From the NCBI GenBank assembly GCA_038046385.1, contig JBBSWH010000006.1:64001-128000 (forward strand): a stretch of DNA of 64,000 bases, read 5' to 3'. The position numbers were made by a program, and so were the translations under genes. Below, piece by piece: positions 20,073-30,200 of the stretch. The DNA is from Nanobdellota archaeon (GTDB lineage Archaea > Nanobdellota > Nanobdellia > Woesearchaeales > GW2011-AR4). Numbering within the stretch: position 1 is the first letter of the stretch; each line of letters begins with the position of its first letter. The notes under the pieces were generated by a model, which saw nothing but the letters and a program-made list of their open reading frames with translations, did not search any database and was not told where the DNA came from.

Positions 20073-21146
20073 TTATCTCGTCACTTCGAACTTTCTTATT
20101 GTGTCCCTTAAATGGCTTAATTTATGATCTTTTTCGAATGCTTCCCTAACTGGTTTTATCATTTCATTTAAAGCAGATGCAACTGAATTCTTCAAATCCA
20201 TCGGATGTATTTTTCCTTCGCTGTATAATTCTTCTAATTTTGCGTAGTTTTCTATTATTAGGTCACCGCCAAACTTTTCAGGCCTTTTTATTTCCATCAC
20301 AGGGTGTTTTTCAAAGATTATGTATTTTGAATAGTCCATCATCGGGTTTTCTTCAATGATTTTTGCAGGGCAGTAAGCTTTGCTGATTTTTCTCTTGATG
20401 TCCTCTTCAGAATCATTCATGAAAATTGCAGTGTCTGGCTTTGATTTTGACATTTTCAAGTCAATGACACGGTCAACCCCCTTTTCTTTTGGAGGCTCTC
20501 CAAGGCCCATCAGCATGTGATGTGATACAATAACTGGCTTCCAGAATCCTAAAGATGGCCCGATTTCTCTTGCAAGAACATTTACTTTTCTCTGGTCCAT
20601 TCCCAACTGAGTTATGTCTGCTTTCAAATGAAAAATGTCAGCGCACTGCATGCACGGATATAGAATTTGAGATGCCTGCTGGACATCGGCTTCTTTACGC
20701 CCCATTATCTGGCCAGTTCTGATGATTCTGTTGACAGTAGAATTTCTTGAGACCTGCATTACCTTCTTCCAGTATTCTGCGTCTTCGACAAAATCATTTG
20801 CCCAGACAAATTCAACATTCTTTAAGTCCATCCCGCAGTGCTTCCATACTTCAATAAGGTATTTTCCAACTGTCTGGATTTTTTCCAGATCGCCTCCCAT
20901 TTTATTGTTTGCCCATGCGTGCCAGTCTGCGACAAGCATCTTGAACTTGATGCCTGTTTTGGTCATCTTGTTGATGTTGATTGACCTTAAGATGCCTTGT
21001 GCAATATGAATGTCGGTTCCGGACGGTTCAAAGCCGTCATAGGCAATTGGATTTGGGTTTGTTTCTAGAAGCAGCTTTAGCTCTTTTTCTGTTATTATTT
21101 CCTCTCCAACCTGCTTTATCAGGGATAGTTTGCTTTCTATGTCCAT
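20073..21146 (-). CDS. tyrS: Tyrosyl-tRNA synthetase (archaeal type)
   Basis: YDGFEPSG, HIAQ, YPCMQCAD, GMDQRK, KMSKS motifs. Confidence 0.95.
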   Translation of the reverse strand: MDIESKLSLIKQVGEEIITEKELKLLLETNPNPIAYDGFEPSGTDIHIAQGILRSININKMTKTGIKFKMLVADWHAWANNKMGGDLEKIQTVGKYLIEVWKHCGMDLKNVEFVWANDFVEDAEYWKKVMQVSRNSTVNRIIRTGQIMGRKEADVQQASQILYPCMQCADIFHLKADITQLGMDQRKVNVLAREIGPSLGFWKPVIVSHHMLMGLGEPPKEKGVDRVIDLKMSKSKPDTAIFMNDSEEDIKRKISKAYCPAKIIEENPMMDYSKYIIFEKHPVMEIKRPEKFGGDLIIENYAKLEELYSEGKIHPMDLKNSVASALNEMIKPVREAFEKDHKLSHLRDTIRKFEVTR

Positions 21147-21289
21147 GTCAATAATTTTTAGAATATACTATTTAAAGGTTATTGTAAACATCCTAGAATT
21201 TTTTTAGGGGAGGGAATTTGCTTGCTGAACTTTACAGGTTTCTGACAGCCCTCCACCCACCCTATAATGAGTTGGCTTATGGTTCTGGC

Positions 21290-21544
21290 TTATTGCTGCA
21301 TGCTGGTTGATTTCTTCAGCATAACCTGTGATGCAATTCCAACAGAAACTCCGAGAACTTCAAGCGAGAAGAATACTAGCATGCTGAAAGGCAAGTTTTC
21401 CATGTATGCTGCAAAGGTTGAAGGGTCTGAAACGACATTGCCGGTTGGCATTAACCCAATGTGCATTCCATTAGAGCCGTAAATTGGCAATAACATATAG
21501 ACAAAGAATGCTGCCAATGCGCCAAGGATAGCTCCTTCTTTCAT
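21290..21544 (-). CDS. Small membrane protein
   Basis: 84 aa, two hydrophobic segments, TGNVV motif; TATA-like TTTAAA upstream. Confidence 0.6.
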   Translation of the reverse strand: MKEGAILGALAAFFVYMLLPIYGSNGMHIGLMPTGNVVSDPSTFAAYMENLPFSMLVFFSLEVLGVSVGIASQVMLKKSTSMQQ

Positions 21545-21584
21545 AAGTTCATTATTGAATAACTAGGATTTAAAGGTTGTGGTG

Positions 21585-21614
21585 CACTGGACATCCCCGC
21601 ACAAGATTTATAAA
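21585..21614 (+). promoter_or_regulatory. CACTGGACAT box plus TATA box upstream of the cas4-like gene
   Basis: CACTGGACAT 21585-21594, 12 nt, TTTATAAA 21607-21614, 22 nt, ATG 21637. Confidence 0.6.
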
Positions 21615-21636
21615 CCAAAATCATGCTTCTTAGCTG

Positions 21637-22497
21637 ATGAAAATCTCTGTTACTTTGCTTTCTTCTTACCTGTACTGCTCCAGGAAGCTGTTTCTTGAGA
21701 AAGTGCTGAAGCTGGCAGAGCCGCCAAAGGAATCTTTGGTGATGGGCTCGATACGGCACGAAATATATGACAATATCAACAAAAATGAAGAGCAGATTGT
21801 AATAAATATTGAAGAAAAAGTGCCGTTGGAAGAATTAAATGTCATTTACAGGCAAAAGTTCCTTGAATTCTTGAGAAAAGCTGTGCTGAACAACAAAAAA
21901 AGACTGGAAGATGTAAAACTCAATATGCTGGACGCATACAAAAAATCTTATCCGTATGTTATCGAGGAATCACAATTAAGAGCATTGAATATTTTCAATT
22001 TTATTGAAGAGCATAATATTTTTGGAAAAGAGCTGTGGGAAAAATTAACTCCAAAAATAATCTCTGAGTTAAGAATTGAATCGGATGAACTGAAACTAAA
22101 AGGAATTGTTGACCAGATTCATGTTTATGAGAATGAATATGTGCCATTTGAATTGAAGACAGGAAGCATGCCGCAAAGCGGAGTGTGGCCGTCGCACAGG
22201 ATACAGATTGCAGCATATTCAATGCTTTTGCAGGAGCATTTCAACAAGCCAGTGAAGGAAGGATTTGTTTATTACCTTGACTCAAAAGAAAAAAGGCATG
22301 TTGCAATGAACCCTTTCATGAGAGATGAAGTAAAAAAGATTGTTAATGATGTTATTTCTTTGCTTGAAAACAATAATATTCCAGATTTCTGCGACAACAA
22401 GAACAAATGCATTAAATGCGGGTTAAAGGAAACGTGCTACAATGAGGAAGAAGTCAATAATTTGATTAAAGTGAAGGTACCAAGCCAAAATACGTAA
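21637..22497 (+). CDS. Solo Cas4/Dna2-like PD-(D/E)xK exonuclease with Fe-S Cys motif
   Basis: N-terminal YCSR, GIVD, ELKTG, QIAAY, C-terminal CxxCxxxxxC; no other cas genes nearby. Confidence 0.85.
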   Translation: MKISVTLLSSYLYCSRKLFLEKVLKLAEPPKESLVMGSIRHEIYDNINKNEEQIVINIEEKVPLEELNVIYRQKFLEFLRKAVLNNKKRLEDVKLNMLDAYKKSYPYVIEESQLRALNIFNFIEEHNIFGKELWEKLTPKIISELRIESDELKLKGIVDQIHVYENEYVPFELKTGSMPQSGVWPSHRIQIAAYSMLLQEHFNKPVKEGFVYYLDSKEKRHVAMNPFMRDEVKKIVNDVISLLENNNIPDFCDNKNKCIKCGLKETCYNEEEVNNLIKVKVPSQNT

Positions 22498-22552
22498 GAT
22501 TTAAATATAACTTGATGTACAATCATTGAGTAATAACTAAAGAGGGATAAAA

Positions 22553-22816
22553 ATGGCTGACGATGAAAAAAAGTTCTCAAAACAACTGATTGGAAAGACT
22601 GTGGTAAGTAAGACAGGAAAAAGATTTGGAGAAGTAGGAGATATCATATTCGAAACAAGATCTGGCGAGTTAATTCACATGGTGCTTAACAACCCGACTT
22701 CATACACAGAGAAGCTTGAGCTTGAAAAAGACAAGGAAGGCCACATTCTTATACCATTCAGCGCAGTAATCGCAGTTGGCGATTTCATGGTTGTGGCTGA
22801 AGAAGACATTATCTAA
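22553..22816 (+). CDS. PRC-barrel domain protein (CdpB-like)
   Basis: LIGKTVVSKTGKRFGEVGDI...IPFSAVIAVGDFMVV pattern. Confidence 0.85.
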   Translation: MADDEKKFSKQLIGKTVVSKTGKRFGEVGDIIFETRSGELIHMVLNNPTSYTEKLELEKDKEGHILIPFSAVIAVGDFMVVAEEDII

Positions 22817-22863
22817 AGGTTTTTAAACATCTATTCGTTCTTTAAACCCATTCAGGTGGCTTT

Positions 22864-23829
22864 ATGCAATTTGAGAATGCTTTGTGGACAGAGAAGTACC
22901 GACCTAGTGATTTTTCTGATATTAAAGGCCAAAAGGACATAGTTAAGAGAGTAAAAGCTTTTGTTGAGCAAAAGAACTTGCCGCATCTTCTTTTTACAGG
23001 TCCTGCAGGGGTTGGAAAAACCAGCTTATCGCTTGTAATAGCAAAGAAGCTCTTCAAGGATGGCTGGAGGCAAAATTTCCTTGAATTGAATGCTAGTGAT
23101 GAAAGAGGGATTGATGTTGTAAGAAACAAGGTCAAGGATTTTGCAAGAACAAGGGCAATTGGAGATGTTCCATTCAAAATCATCTATCTTGATGAATGCG
23201 ACGCTTTGACAAGAGAAGCGCAGCAGGCATTAAGGAGAACAATGGAAAATTACACTCAAAACTGCAGATTTATTCTGTCTGCAAATTATTCTTCAAAGAT
23301 TATAGAGCCAATTCAGAGCAGGTGCGTTGTATTCCGCTTTAAGCCATTAGACAAGAAAGAGATAATTGAGATAATAGACAAGATAGCGCATGACGAGAAG
23401 ATAAAGATTGATGAAAAGGCAAAAGAAGCCCTATATGAGATTTCTGAAGGGGACTGCAGGAAACTGGAAAATATTTTGCAGAGCTGCGCTGCAATAGCCG
23501 ACCATATCACAGAAGAATTGATACATTCAATGGCTTCCATGGCAAAGCCAAAGGAAATAAGAGAAGTTCTTCAGATGGCTTTGAATAACAGGTTTATCGA
23601 TGCAAGAAACAAGTTATTGGAGATAATGCTTGCCTATGGGCTTGCAGGAATTGACGTCATAAAGCAGATACAAAAAGAAATTCTTGAGTTAGACACCGAT
23701 AACAAGACGAAGATGCTTCTTATGGAGAAATGCGGTGAAATAGAATTCAGAATGACAGAAGGGTCTGATGAGTATGTTCAGCTGGAAGCTTTATTGAGCC
23801 AGTTTGCCTTGGCCGGAAGCAATAAATAA
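22864..23829 (+). CDS. rfcS: Replication factor C small subunit
   Basis: WTEKYRP, GPAGVGKT, LELNASDERG, DECD, SRC motifs; no intein. Confidence 0.95.
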   Translation: MQFENALWTEKYRPSDFSDIKGQKDIVKRVKAFVEQKNLPHLLFTGPAGVGKTSLSLVIAKKLFKDGWRQNFLELNASDERGIDVVRNKVKDFARTRAIGDVPFKIIYLDECDALTREAQQALRRTMENYTQNCRFILSANYSSKIIEPIQSRCVVFRFKPLDKKEIIEIIDKIAHDEKIKIDEKAKEALYEISEGDCRKLENILQSCAAIADHITEELIHSMASMAKPKEIREVLQMALNNRFIDARNKLLEIMLAYGLAGIDVIKQIQKEILELDTDNKTKMLLMEKCGEIEFRMTEGSDEYVQLEALLSQFALAGSNK

Positions 23830-23892
23830 ATATTCGTATTAATATTATAAAATTAATTCTTGAAAAGATTGTATGTATATTTTCAGAAATAA

Positions 23893-24912
23893 TTAACCCA
23901 CTGTCTGGGCAAGGTGCTTTACAAGGATTTTTGTTTCCTTGCTGTCAAGAACATTGTACATCAATTTTACGCCTGCGACCTTTTCCAAATCAACTCTATC
24001 GCTTACTAAATCTGCTGTGCATGTGATTGTTCTTCTTCCATTTACAAGTGTTACAACGCCTTTCCAATCATTGTTAAGACCCCCGCATTTAAGGTTTGAG
24101 AATACCGGGTCAATAGGAACTTCTGTTATCTCTATTCCAACTTTGTTTTCAACTTCCCTTCTTGCTCTTGGATCGCGAGGGCATGCTGAATCAAAGCCGC
24201 TTGATGGCCTTCTCTCGTCCTGGCTCCAGAAAATGTCAACATTTCCGCTTAATACAATATCAAAACTGAATGAAACGCGGTCTTTTCCGACAACGGATTC
24301 CCTGAAATTAAGCACCTGAACCGGGGCTGATGAGCTGTATGAAACCCTTGACTGCGTTGGCCTGCAGAGGCCGCTGTCCCTTATGTTAATCATGTCCTTT
24401 AGAATGCATAGTTTTGTGTTTGACTGTGTCTCATAATAATAGCATGCGTCTGCCCTGAAAGTAAACTCTGTGTTGCCAGGAAACTGTGATGGAACAAAAT
24501 TATCATCGTCTTTTGGAAATGATACAAAAGTTGTTGTTCCTTCTATTATATTGCCTTCTGCATCCCTCTTTTTCGAATCAAGAATGTCGTCTGGCTGTGC
24601 ATCCCTTAAGGATTCAAAATCTTTTCCAAAATCAGAAGGATCAAATCCAACAAGATTGACGCGCATGTCGTTGCTGTCAATTGCATATTCTCCTTCATTT
24701 TTCAAGCTGACGATTGCGTTGAATGCAAATGACTGGTCGTCTGTGACTTCCGGAGGAGGAGAGTCTTTCTCAAAATTCATTGATACTCCGGCTGTGCCGC
24801 CTATAAAAGGTGTTCTTGGAGCGCTTCCTGCAGCTGCTCCTGATTGCTTGCACGATGACAAAACCAGGACTGAGATTATCAGCAAAGCGAGAATAAGGTA
24901 CTTTCTGTTCAT
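23893..24912 (-). CDS. Putative lipoprotein, paralog 3 of the cluster domain
   Basis: Lipobox-like LSSC; ACYYYET...SAPV...C...Y pattern shared with neighbours. Confidence 0.75.
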   Translation of the reverse strand: MNRKYLILALLIISVLVLSSCKQSGAAAGSAPRTPFIGGTAGVSMNFEKDSPPPEVTDDQSFAFNAIVSLKNEGEYAIDSNDMRVNLVGFDPSDFGKDFESLRDAQPDDILDSKKRDAEGNIIEGTTTFVSFPKDDDNFVPSQFPGNTEFTFRADACYYYETQSNTKLCILKDMINIRDSGLCRPTQSRVSYSSSAPVQVLNFRESVVGKDRVSFSFDIVLSGNVDIFWSQDERRPSSGFDSACPRDPRARREVENKVGIEITEVPIDPVFSNLKCGGLNNDWKGVVTLVNGRRTITCTADLVSDRVDLEKVAGVKLMYNVLDSKETKILVKHLAQTVG

Positions 24913-24965
24913 GCTGCCTCTTTTCATAGATGTTTTATTTTAATGTTGATATATAAAGCTTTCTG

Positions 24966-26015
24966 TTAGCTTGTTGATTCGAGCTTCACAAGCAAAGGAC
25001 GTTCGTCAATTGTCCTGTAGCCGTATGAGAGTCTTATCAGTAATGGGCTTGTGTAAGATGAAACTTTGTTGCTGTAGGAAGAATCTGACAATTCACATAT
25101 TACATATCCCTCGCCGTTTATCATCCTTATCAAGCCGCTTGAAGATTTTACGTTGTTGCTGCCTGCAGGCTCTCCTGTGAACGGGCCGCAGTCCAACGGG
25201 GTGTTGGCTAGCATTACAGAGTCCAATCTTACTTTATCAATATCTTCTCTGTCAAGTTTTTCCGTTCCTATTGGATTGCATTTTTCCAGTGATTTTGTAT
25301 CATCATTGGAATCTATCTTTAGAACATCTCCTTTTCCAAGGTTTCTTATTGTGATTTTAAACTGGGTTTTTCTGGCAAATGCCTGCTCCTCAATTGAAAC
25401 AACTGCAACTGGCGCTCCTTGGCTGGATAATGAAGTATCATGCACTTCACACACTTTTCTTTCGCCTGTTGTCGAGTAAGGGTTTGGATCGATGCAAACT
25501 GATGGGCCGGCAACGGTCTCGTAATAATAGCATGCTGTTGCCCTCAAGGTAGGCTCGTATCTTTCTACATTAAGGTTTGCGCTTTTTACAGTGCCAATAA
25601 AACTTAGAATGTCCTGTCCACCATTTGGATTGATGGTGCTTTTTCCTTCGACAGCCATCTTTGTCAAGTCACCATAATATGCAGATGCTGATGACTCTTT
25701 TGGCTTGATTTCTATTATGTTAGTATCGTATCCGCTTAAGTATACTTTTCCAAACTTCATGCTCCCATCTTCTGGCTGCGGATATGCTCCTTTGTTAAAG
25801 ACTTGAAGAACTATTGGAAAAGTATTTATTGTATCATCTCCTGTTTTCTCCACGTGTATGTCTATTGGCGGGTTGTTTGCAAGGAAATATGCATTAATTG
25901 CATCGGTTCCTGTCCTTATTTCTTCTAGGGATTTCTTAACATCTTTCTTGCCGCTGCATCCAGAAATAACAATTAATGCAATAAACAATGCCAGAACAAT
26001 GCTATTTAGCTTCAT
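24966..26015 (-). CDS. Putative lipoprotein, paralog 2
   Basis: Lipobox-like ISGC; ACYYYET..CIDP, QGAPV, YTSPLLIRLSYGY. Confidence 0.78.
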   Translation of the reverse strand: MKLNSIVLALFIALIVISGCSGKKDVKKSLEEIRTGTDAINAYFLANNPPIDIHVEKTGDDTINTFPIVLQVFNKGAYPQPEDGSMKFGKVYLSGYDTNIIEIKPKESSASAYYGDLTKMAVEGKSTINPNGGQDILSFIGTVKSANLNVERYEPTLRATACYYYETVAGPSVCIDPNPYSTTGERKVCEVHDTSLSSQGAPVAVVSIEEQAFARKTQFKITIRNLGKGDVLKIDSNDDTKSLEKCNPIGTEKLDREDIDKVRLDSVMLANTPLDCGPFTGEPAGSNNVKSSSGLIRMINGEGYVICELSDSSYSNKVSSYTSPLLIRLSYGYRTIDERPLLVKLESTS

Positions 26016-26091
26016 GCAGGATGTTTTCCATGTTTTTGTATATAAAGTTTGTTAATTCTGTTGTATTTTACAAAAGATTTTTGATTTGTGC

Positions 26092-26196
26092 GGTTAGTAT
26101 CGGGCTCAGGCTATCTGTAAGTTTAGAATACATGACATGTCGTAAATCGAAGATTTACGATTACCCAGAAAATGCCTTCGCATATTGATGCTAACC
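26092..26196. repeat. Divergent member of the palindromic element family
   Basis: GGTTAGTATC/GATGCTAACC outer stem, GC-TC-AGGC/GCCT-TC-GC, 5-nt bulge ATATT, internal hairpins. Confidence 0.6.
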
Positions 26197-26200
26197 TTGT

Positions 26201-27238
26201 TCAATGCCTTAAAGGCTTCTGCAGCAAGAAGTTTGCAGTAACAGTTTGTATATATCCGTAATCCACTTCTATCCTCAATGGTGAAGTGTAAGCATCCAGG
26301 TTTCTTGGGACTGGCTGTGTGAATGTGCATCTTATGAAATCTTTGTTATCTCTAAATCTTAAGAACCCTTCAAGCTCATTTTGCGCAACTTCTTTTTCAG
26401 GACATTCTCCGTTTTTGTTTGGGCAGCACTGTAGCTGGACTTCTCCGTTTTTGCCGGAAGCGAATGCTTTTACAGAACCGACATTCCAGATGTTATCCTT
26501 TTGCATGTTTGTTGCTGCATTATCTGTTTTATCACAAACATTCTTATATTTTATTTTGTCAACGGGAATTCCGTTTGCTTTATTTTCTATGTAGATTAAA
26601 AACTGCGGCCTTATATTTTGGTTGTCAACTTCAGGAACCATAACCGGCTCTATTTTTGTTATTGCAATCGGAGCGCCTTGTCCTCCGGATAATGAAATGT
26701 CTTTTACTGCGCAGATTTTTTTGCCGGGCCTTAACCCGACAACATCGGGGTCTATGCACATTGTTGCGCTTAAAGTTGTCTTGTAAGGATAGCATAATGT
26801 TGCCGTTAACAATGAATTTTTTGATTCGCTCTGCTCTTCTAAATTTCCTGTTTTTGCTGTTGATGTGATTACAACTTCGTCACCGGCCTGATTAAAATTT
26901 GTTTTTCCAGCTATGCTGAATGCTACCTGGTTTTCGCTGGCCTGATATATTCCGTTGCTATCATCAAATGTTATTGATGGGATGTAATCTTTCTCAAATC
27001 CGATTGCTATTCTTCCTTCATTGTTCTGTATGTCATATGTGCCTGAATTCCTTATTTTTAGCCCGATAGGAAAAGCACTTTTTTCAAATACTTTTGCAGG
27101 AGGTGCGTTTGGAAGAAATTCTGCTATTAATCCAGAAGTTCCTGTGTAGACATTAACGGTCTTGCTTGTTGTGGATGTTCCGCAGGCTGCAAGCAAGAAT
27201 ACTAAAATAAAAATCAAAGCGAAATTTTTTTGTTTCAT
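26201..27238 (-). CDS. Putative lipoprotein, paralog 1
   Basis: Lipobox LAAC; LCYPYKT..CIDP, QGAPI, YTSPLRIEVDYGY. Confidence 0.78.
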   Translation of the reverse strand: MKQKNFALIFILVFLLAACGTSTTSKTVNVYTGTSGLIAEFLPNAPPAKVFEKSAFPIGLKIRNSGTYDIQNNEGRIAIGFEKDYIPSITFDDSNGIYQASENQVAFSIAGKTNFNQAGDEVVITSTAKTGNLEEQSESKNSLLTATLCYPYKTTLSATMCIDPDVVGLRPGKKICAVKDISLSGGQGAPIAITKIEPVMVPEVDNQNIRPQFLIYIENKANGIPVDKIKYKNVCDKTDNAATNMQKDNIWNVGSVKAFASGKNGEVQLQCCPNKNGECPEKEVAQNELEGFLRFRDNKDFIRCTFTQPVPRNLDAYTSPLRIEVDYGYIQTVTANFLLQKPLRH

Positions 27239-30200
27239 TTAATATCCCTGACCAGGTGGTGCGGTGCTTGTCTTGTGTCCTGACAATCCTATTCGCGCCC
27301 AGTCAAAATTTGGAGATGGGTCCCATTTTCCTTCTGTAGATGCCTGGAAATGTCCGAGAACATGCTCGTTGTCTATTTTAATTGATGAACGTCTGCTTGC
27401 AATGTCATTAATCAGGCTGCTTATTGAAGCGTATTGGGCATCTGTGAACTGCATATCTTTGGTTCCTAAATTTACTATTTCTATTCCGATAGATCTTGAA
27501 TTCCAATCTTCTGCGTGCCATGCATTTAGGCTTTCGTCAACAATATAGTATATTGCCCCATCCCTATCAATAATGTAATGAACCGACAATCCTCTGGTTT
27601 TCAGTGTGTTAAATGTTGTTTGTGCTGCGCTGTCTGCCGTGTGGTGCAGAATTATTCTATCTACTGCAACACTTAATCTTTGGCCTGAATTCAACTGCCC
27701 AAAATAAATATCAGAAACCGGAATGCCTGGAGTTGTTATTGATGCAGATACTTCTTTTGTGGAATCTGGAGGTGAATAAACTGATCCTGAACTAGCTGCC
27801 TGTTTATTTAATGCGTCATATGTTTTTAGAACATCTTCAACATAGTTATTATTCCCGGTTGCACCCCACCCGTTATATGCCCTTAAAGCTGCCTGCCAGC
27901 CTCCGTAGTATCTGCTTGTTGAGGTTCCTCCTGTAAATTCATATTCGCATTTGCTGTTTGTGCATCTTCCCATGCACTGTCGCGATGCGCAATAGTTTCT
28001 TGAGTGGAAAGGATGCTCACAATCTAATCCAGAACTACAGGCGCCCTGATTGAATAAGTTATATTTTGATTTTAATACTTTTATTCCACAATCGACATTA
28101 GATTCTGGATTTGTATTGAAATCATCTTTGCAGTTGGTTCCCTTTGCCGTGCCTCCTAGTATTTGCATAAGTCCGTAGGATGCATCATTTAGTTTTGGCT
28201 CTTGTCTTATTGCGTCCGGCTTCCATGATGACTCTTTTTCAATTATTGCTTTTGTTAATAGATAAGATACATCATTCTCCTGAGCCAAACGGTTTACCAT
28301 TGGGCTGTATTTTACTTCGTTTGCATTCTTAGAGTTAATGTATATGTTTGTTCTTACTGCTGTTTTTGTAACTGCAACTCCTGGCTCTGCTGCTGCTTCT
28401 GGAGTTGTCGGGGTTCCTTCATAAGACGGCAAAGTAGTGTCTGCTTTTTTTGAAGGATTTAGCTCGACAACAACATTAAATGTCTTGTCAAGATAGTAAT
28501 CGTATCTTGCTTTTATCCTGAAATATCTTGTTGTTATAGGAGTATTATCTAGAACTTTAGGGTCTATATCTAGTCTGCATCTGAATGTCTTGAATCTGTC
28601 AAAGTCTTTGTAATTTGTATCGTTTTTTATTAAACTTGTATCAAGCTGGTATCCGGTATAATCTTGACCGTTATCTGTGGTTTTTGTTTCTTCGTTCTTG
28701 AAAAGGGATTTGCACTCTTTCTGGCATTTTGCAAGGGATGATTCACAGTCCTTGCAGTCTGAACTGTCCTTAGCATTTTCTCTGCAAGATGCCTGCTGAC
28801 ACGGAAGCCCTACATTATTATCACAAGAGTCTGCGCAATTTTTATCAGTAAATGGCTTGAATTTAACAGGACCGCAATCGGAATTGCTGCCGTCTTCTGT
28901 CATTAGCTTGTCGTCTGTTGTAGCAACTTCAACTCCTTTTGGCAAAAGCAGTATCAATTCCCTTATTTGTTTTATTTTTCCTTCCCATTCTCCGACTGCC
29001 TTGCCGTCCTTATCTGTTATCTTGTTTCTGTTTTCAAGAGCTATTCCAAAGCTTGGCTTAAAGTCTTCTGCATCAGTGACGGTCAAAAGATAGCTTGAGT
29101 CTGTCTGCGGCATGTCGGTTGCTATTTTAACCGGTCCGTTGGTGTATATTGCAACCGGAGTTTTGTCTGTTATTCCAAATTCCTTGAGCGGATTAAGATT
29201 TTCCCTTATCATTGACCTATATCGGTCTTTGTCCATGAAGTAAACCTTTTGATATGCGTTTGTCTCAAAATTATATTGTGCATTGAGAGTTATTTTGCTG
29301 GTGCCTATTGGAAGGTTTGTGCCACGGCCTTGGCTAAATGTGCATTCAACATCTTTTTCCTCTGATGTGTAAACTGTAAACGGAAGGCTTGGGTAAAGTG
29401 TGTCGAGAGGCCCTGTCAATATTCTGTTGCTGCCCTCCCATCTTGCACAAATAAATTTAACATTTGCTGGATCACTTAAAGTTCTTGATTTTATCGTGCC
29501 CCATATCGTGACTGGCTCGTTGTCATAGAACTTCGGCTGTGCGACCCTTATACGATCAAAATAAACTCCAAGAGGTTCGTATTGGTTATTTTCCACATTG
29601 CCAAAGAATTGGTCGGAATAGCCGCCGGTGGCTGTGGATATCCCTACATTTATAGAAGTCTTAATCTGGGAAAAAATAGTATCGAAGAATGCTGCCATAT
29701 CAGGACGGCCTGTTTTTGGAGTGTAATCAAGAGTAGCTCCTCCATCACTGCCTTGATAGCTCCAAGCCTGCAAACTTAGTATTAGGATTAGTGTTACTAT
29801 AAAGATAAATGTTGTCAGGGCGTAAGCACTTTCTGTTTTTGCATAACAGTACCAAACTACAAAGATTACTAAAATAGGGATGAATTTTGTCCAGAGGTAA
29901 CTTGTGCTGTACAACCACCCGTATCCAAAAAAGTCTACTACCAGCAGCAGCATTATCAGTATGTAAGTGAATTCTTTGCTTTCCCTTTTTTGTATATAAG
30001 AAAAACCAAATGCCAGTATGAATATCATATGAACCCATGCCCTAAAATTATGCATCCATCCGTCATTGACCCAAAAAAAAGAGAAGAAGAAAATCAGAAC
30101 TAATCGAGTAAAAAATGTAGGTATTTGTGCGCCTGCTTTTTTGTCAAATCTGTATGCCAGGTAAGCAATTCCGATAAAAATGAGTGCTATCAGTATTATA

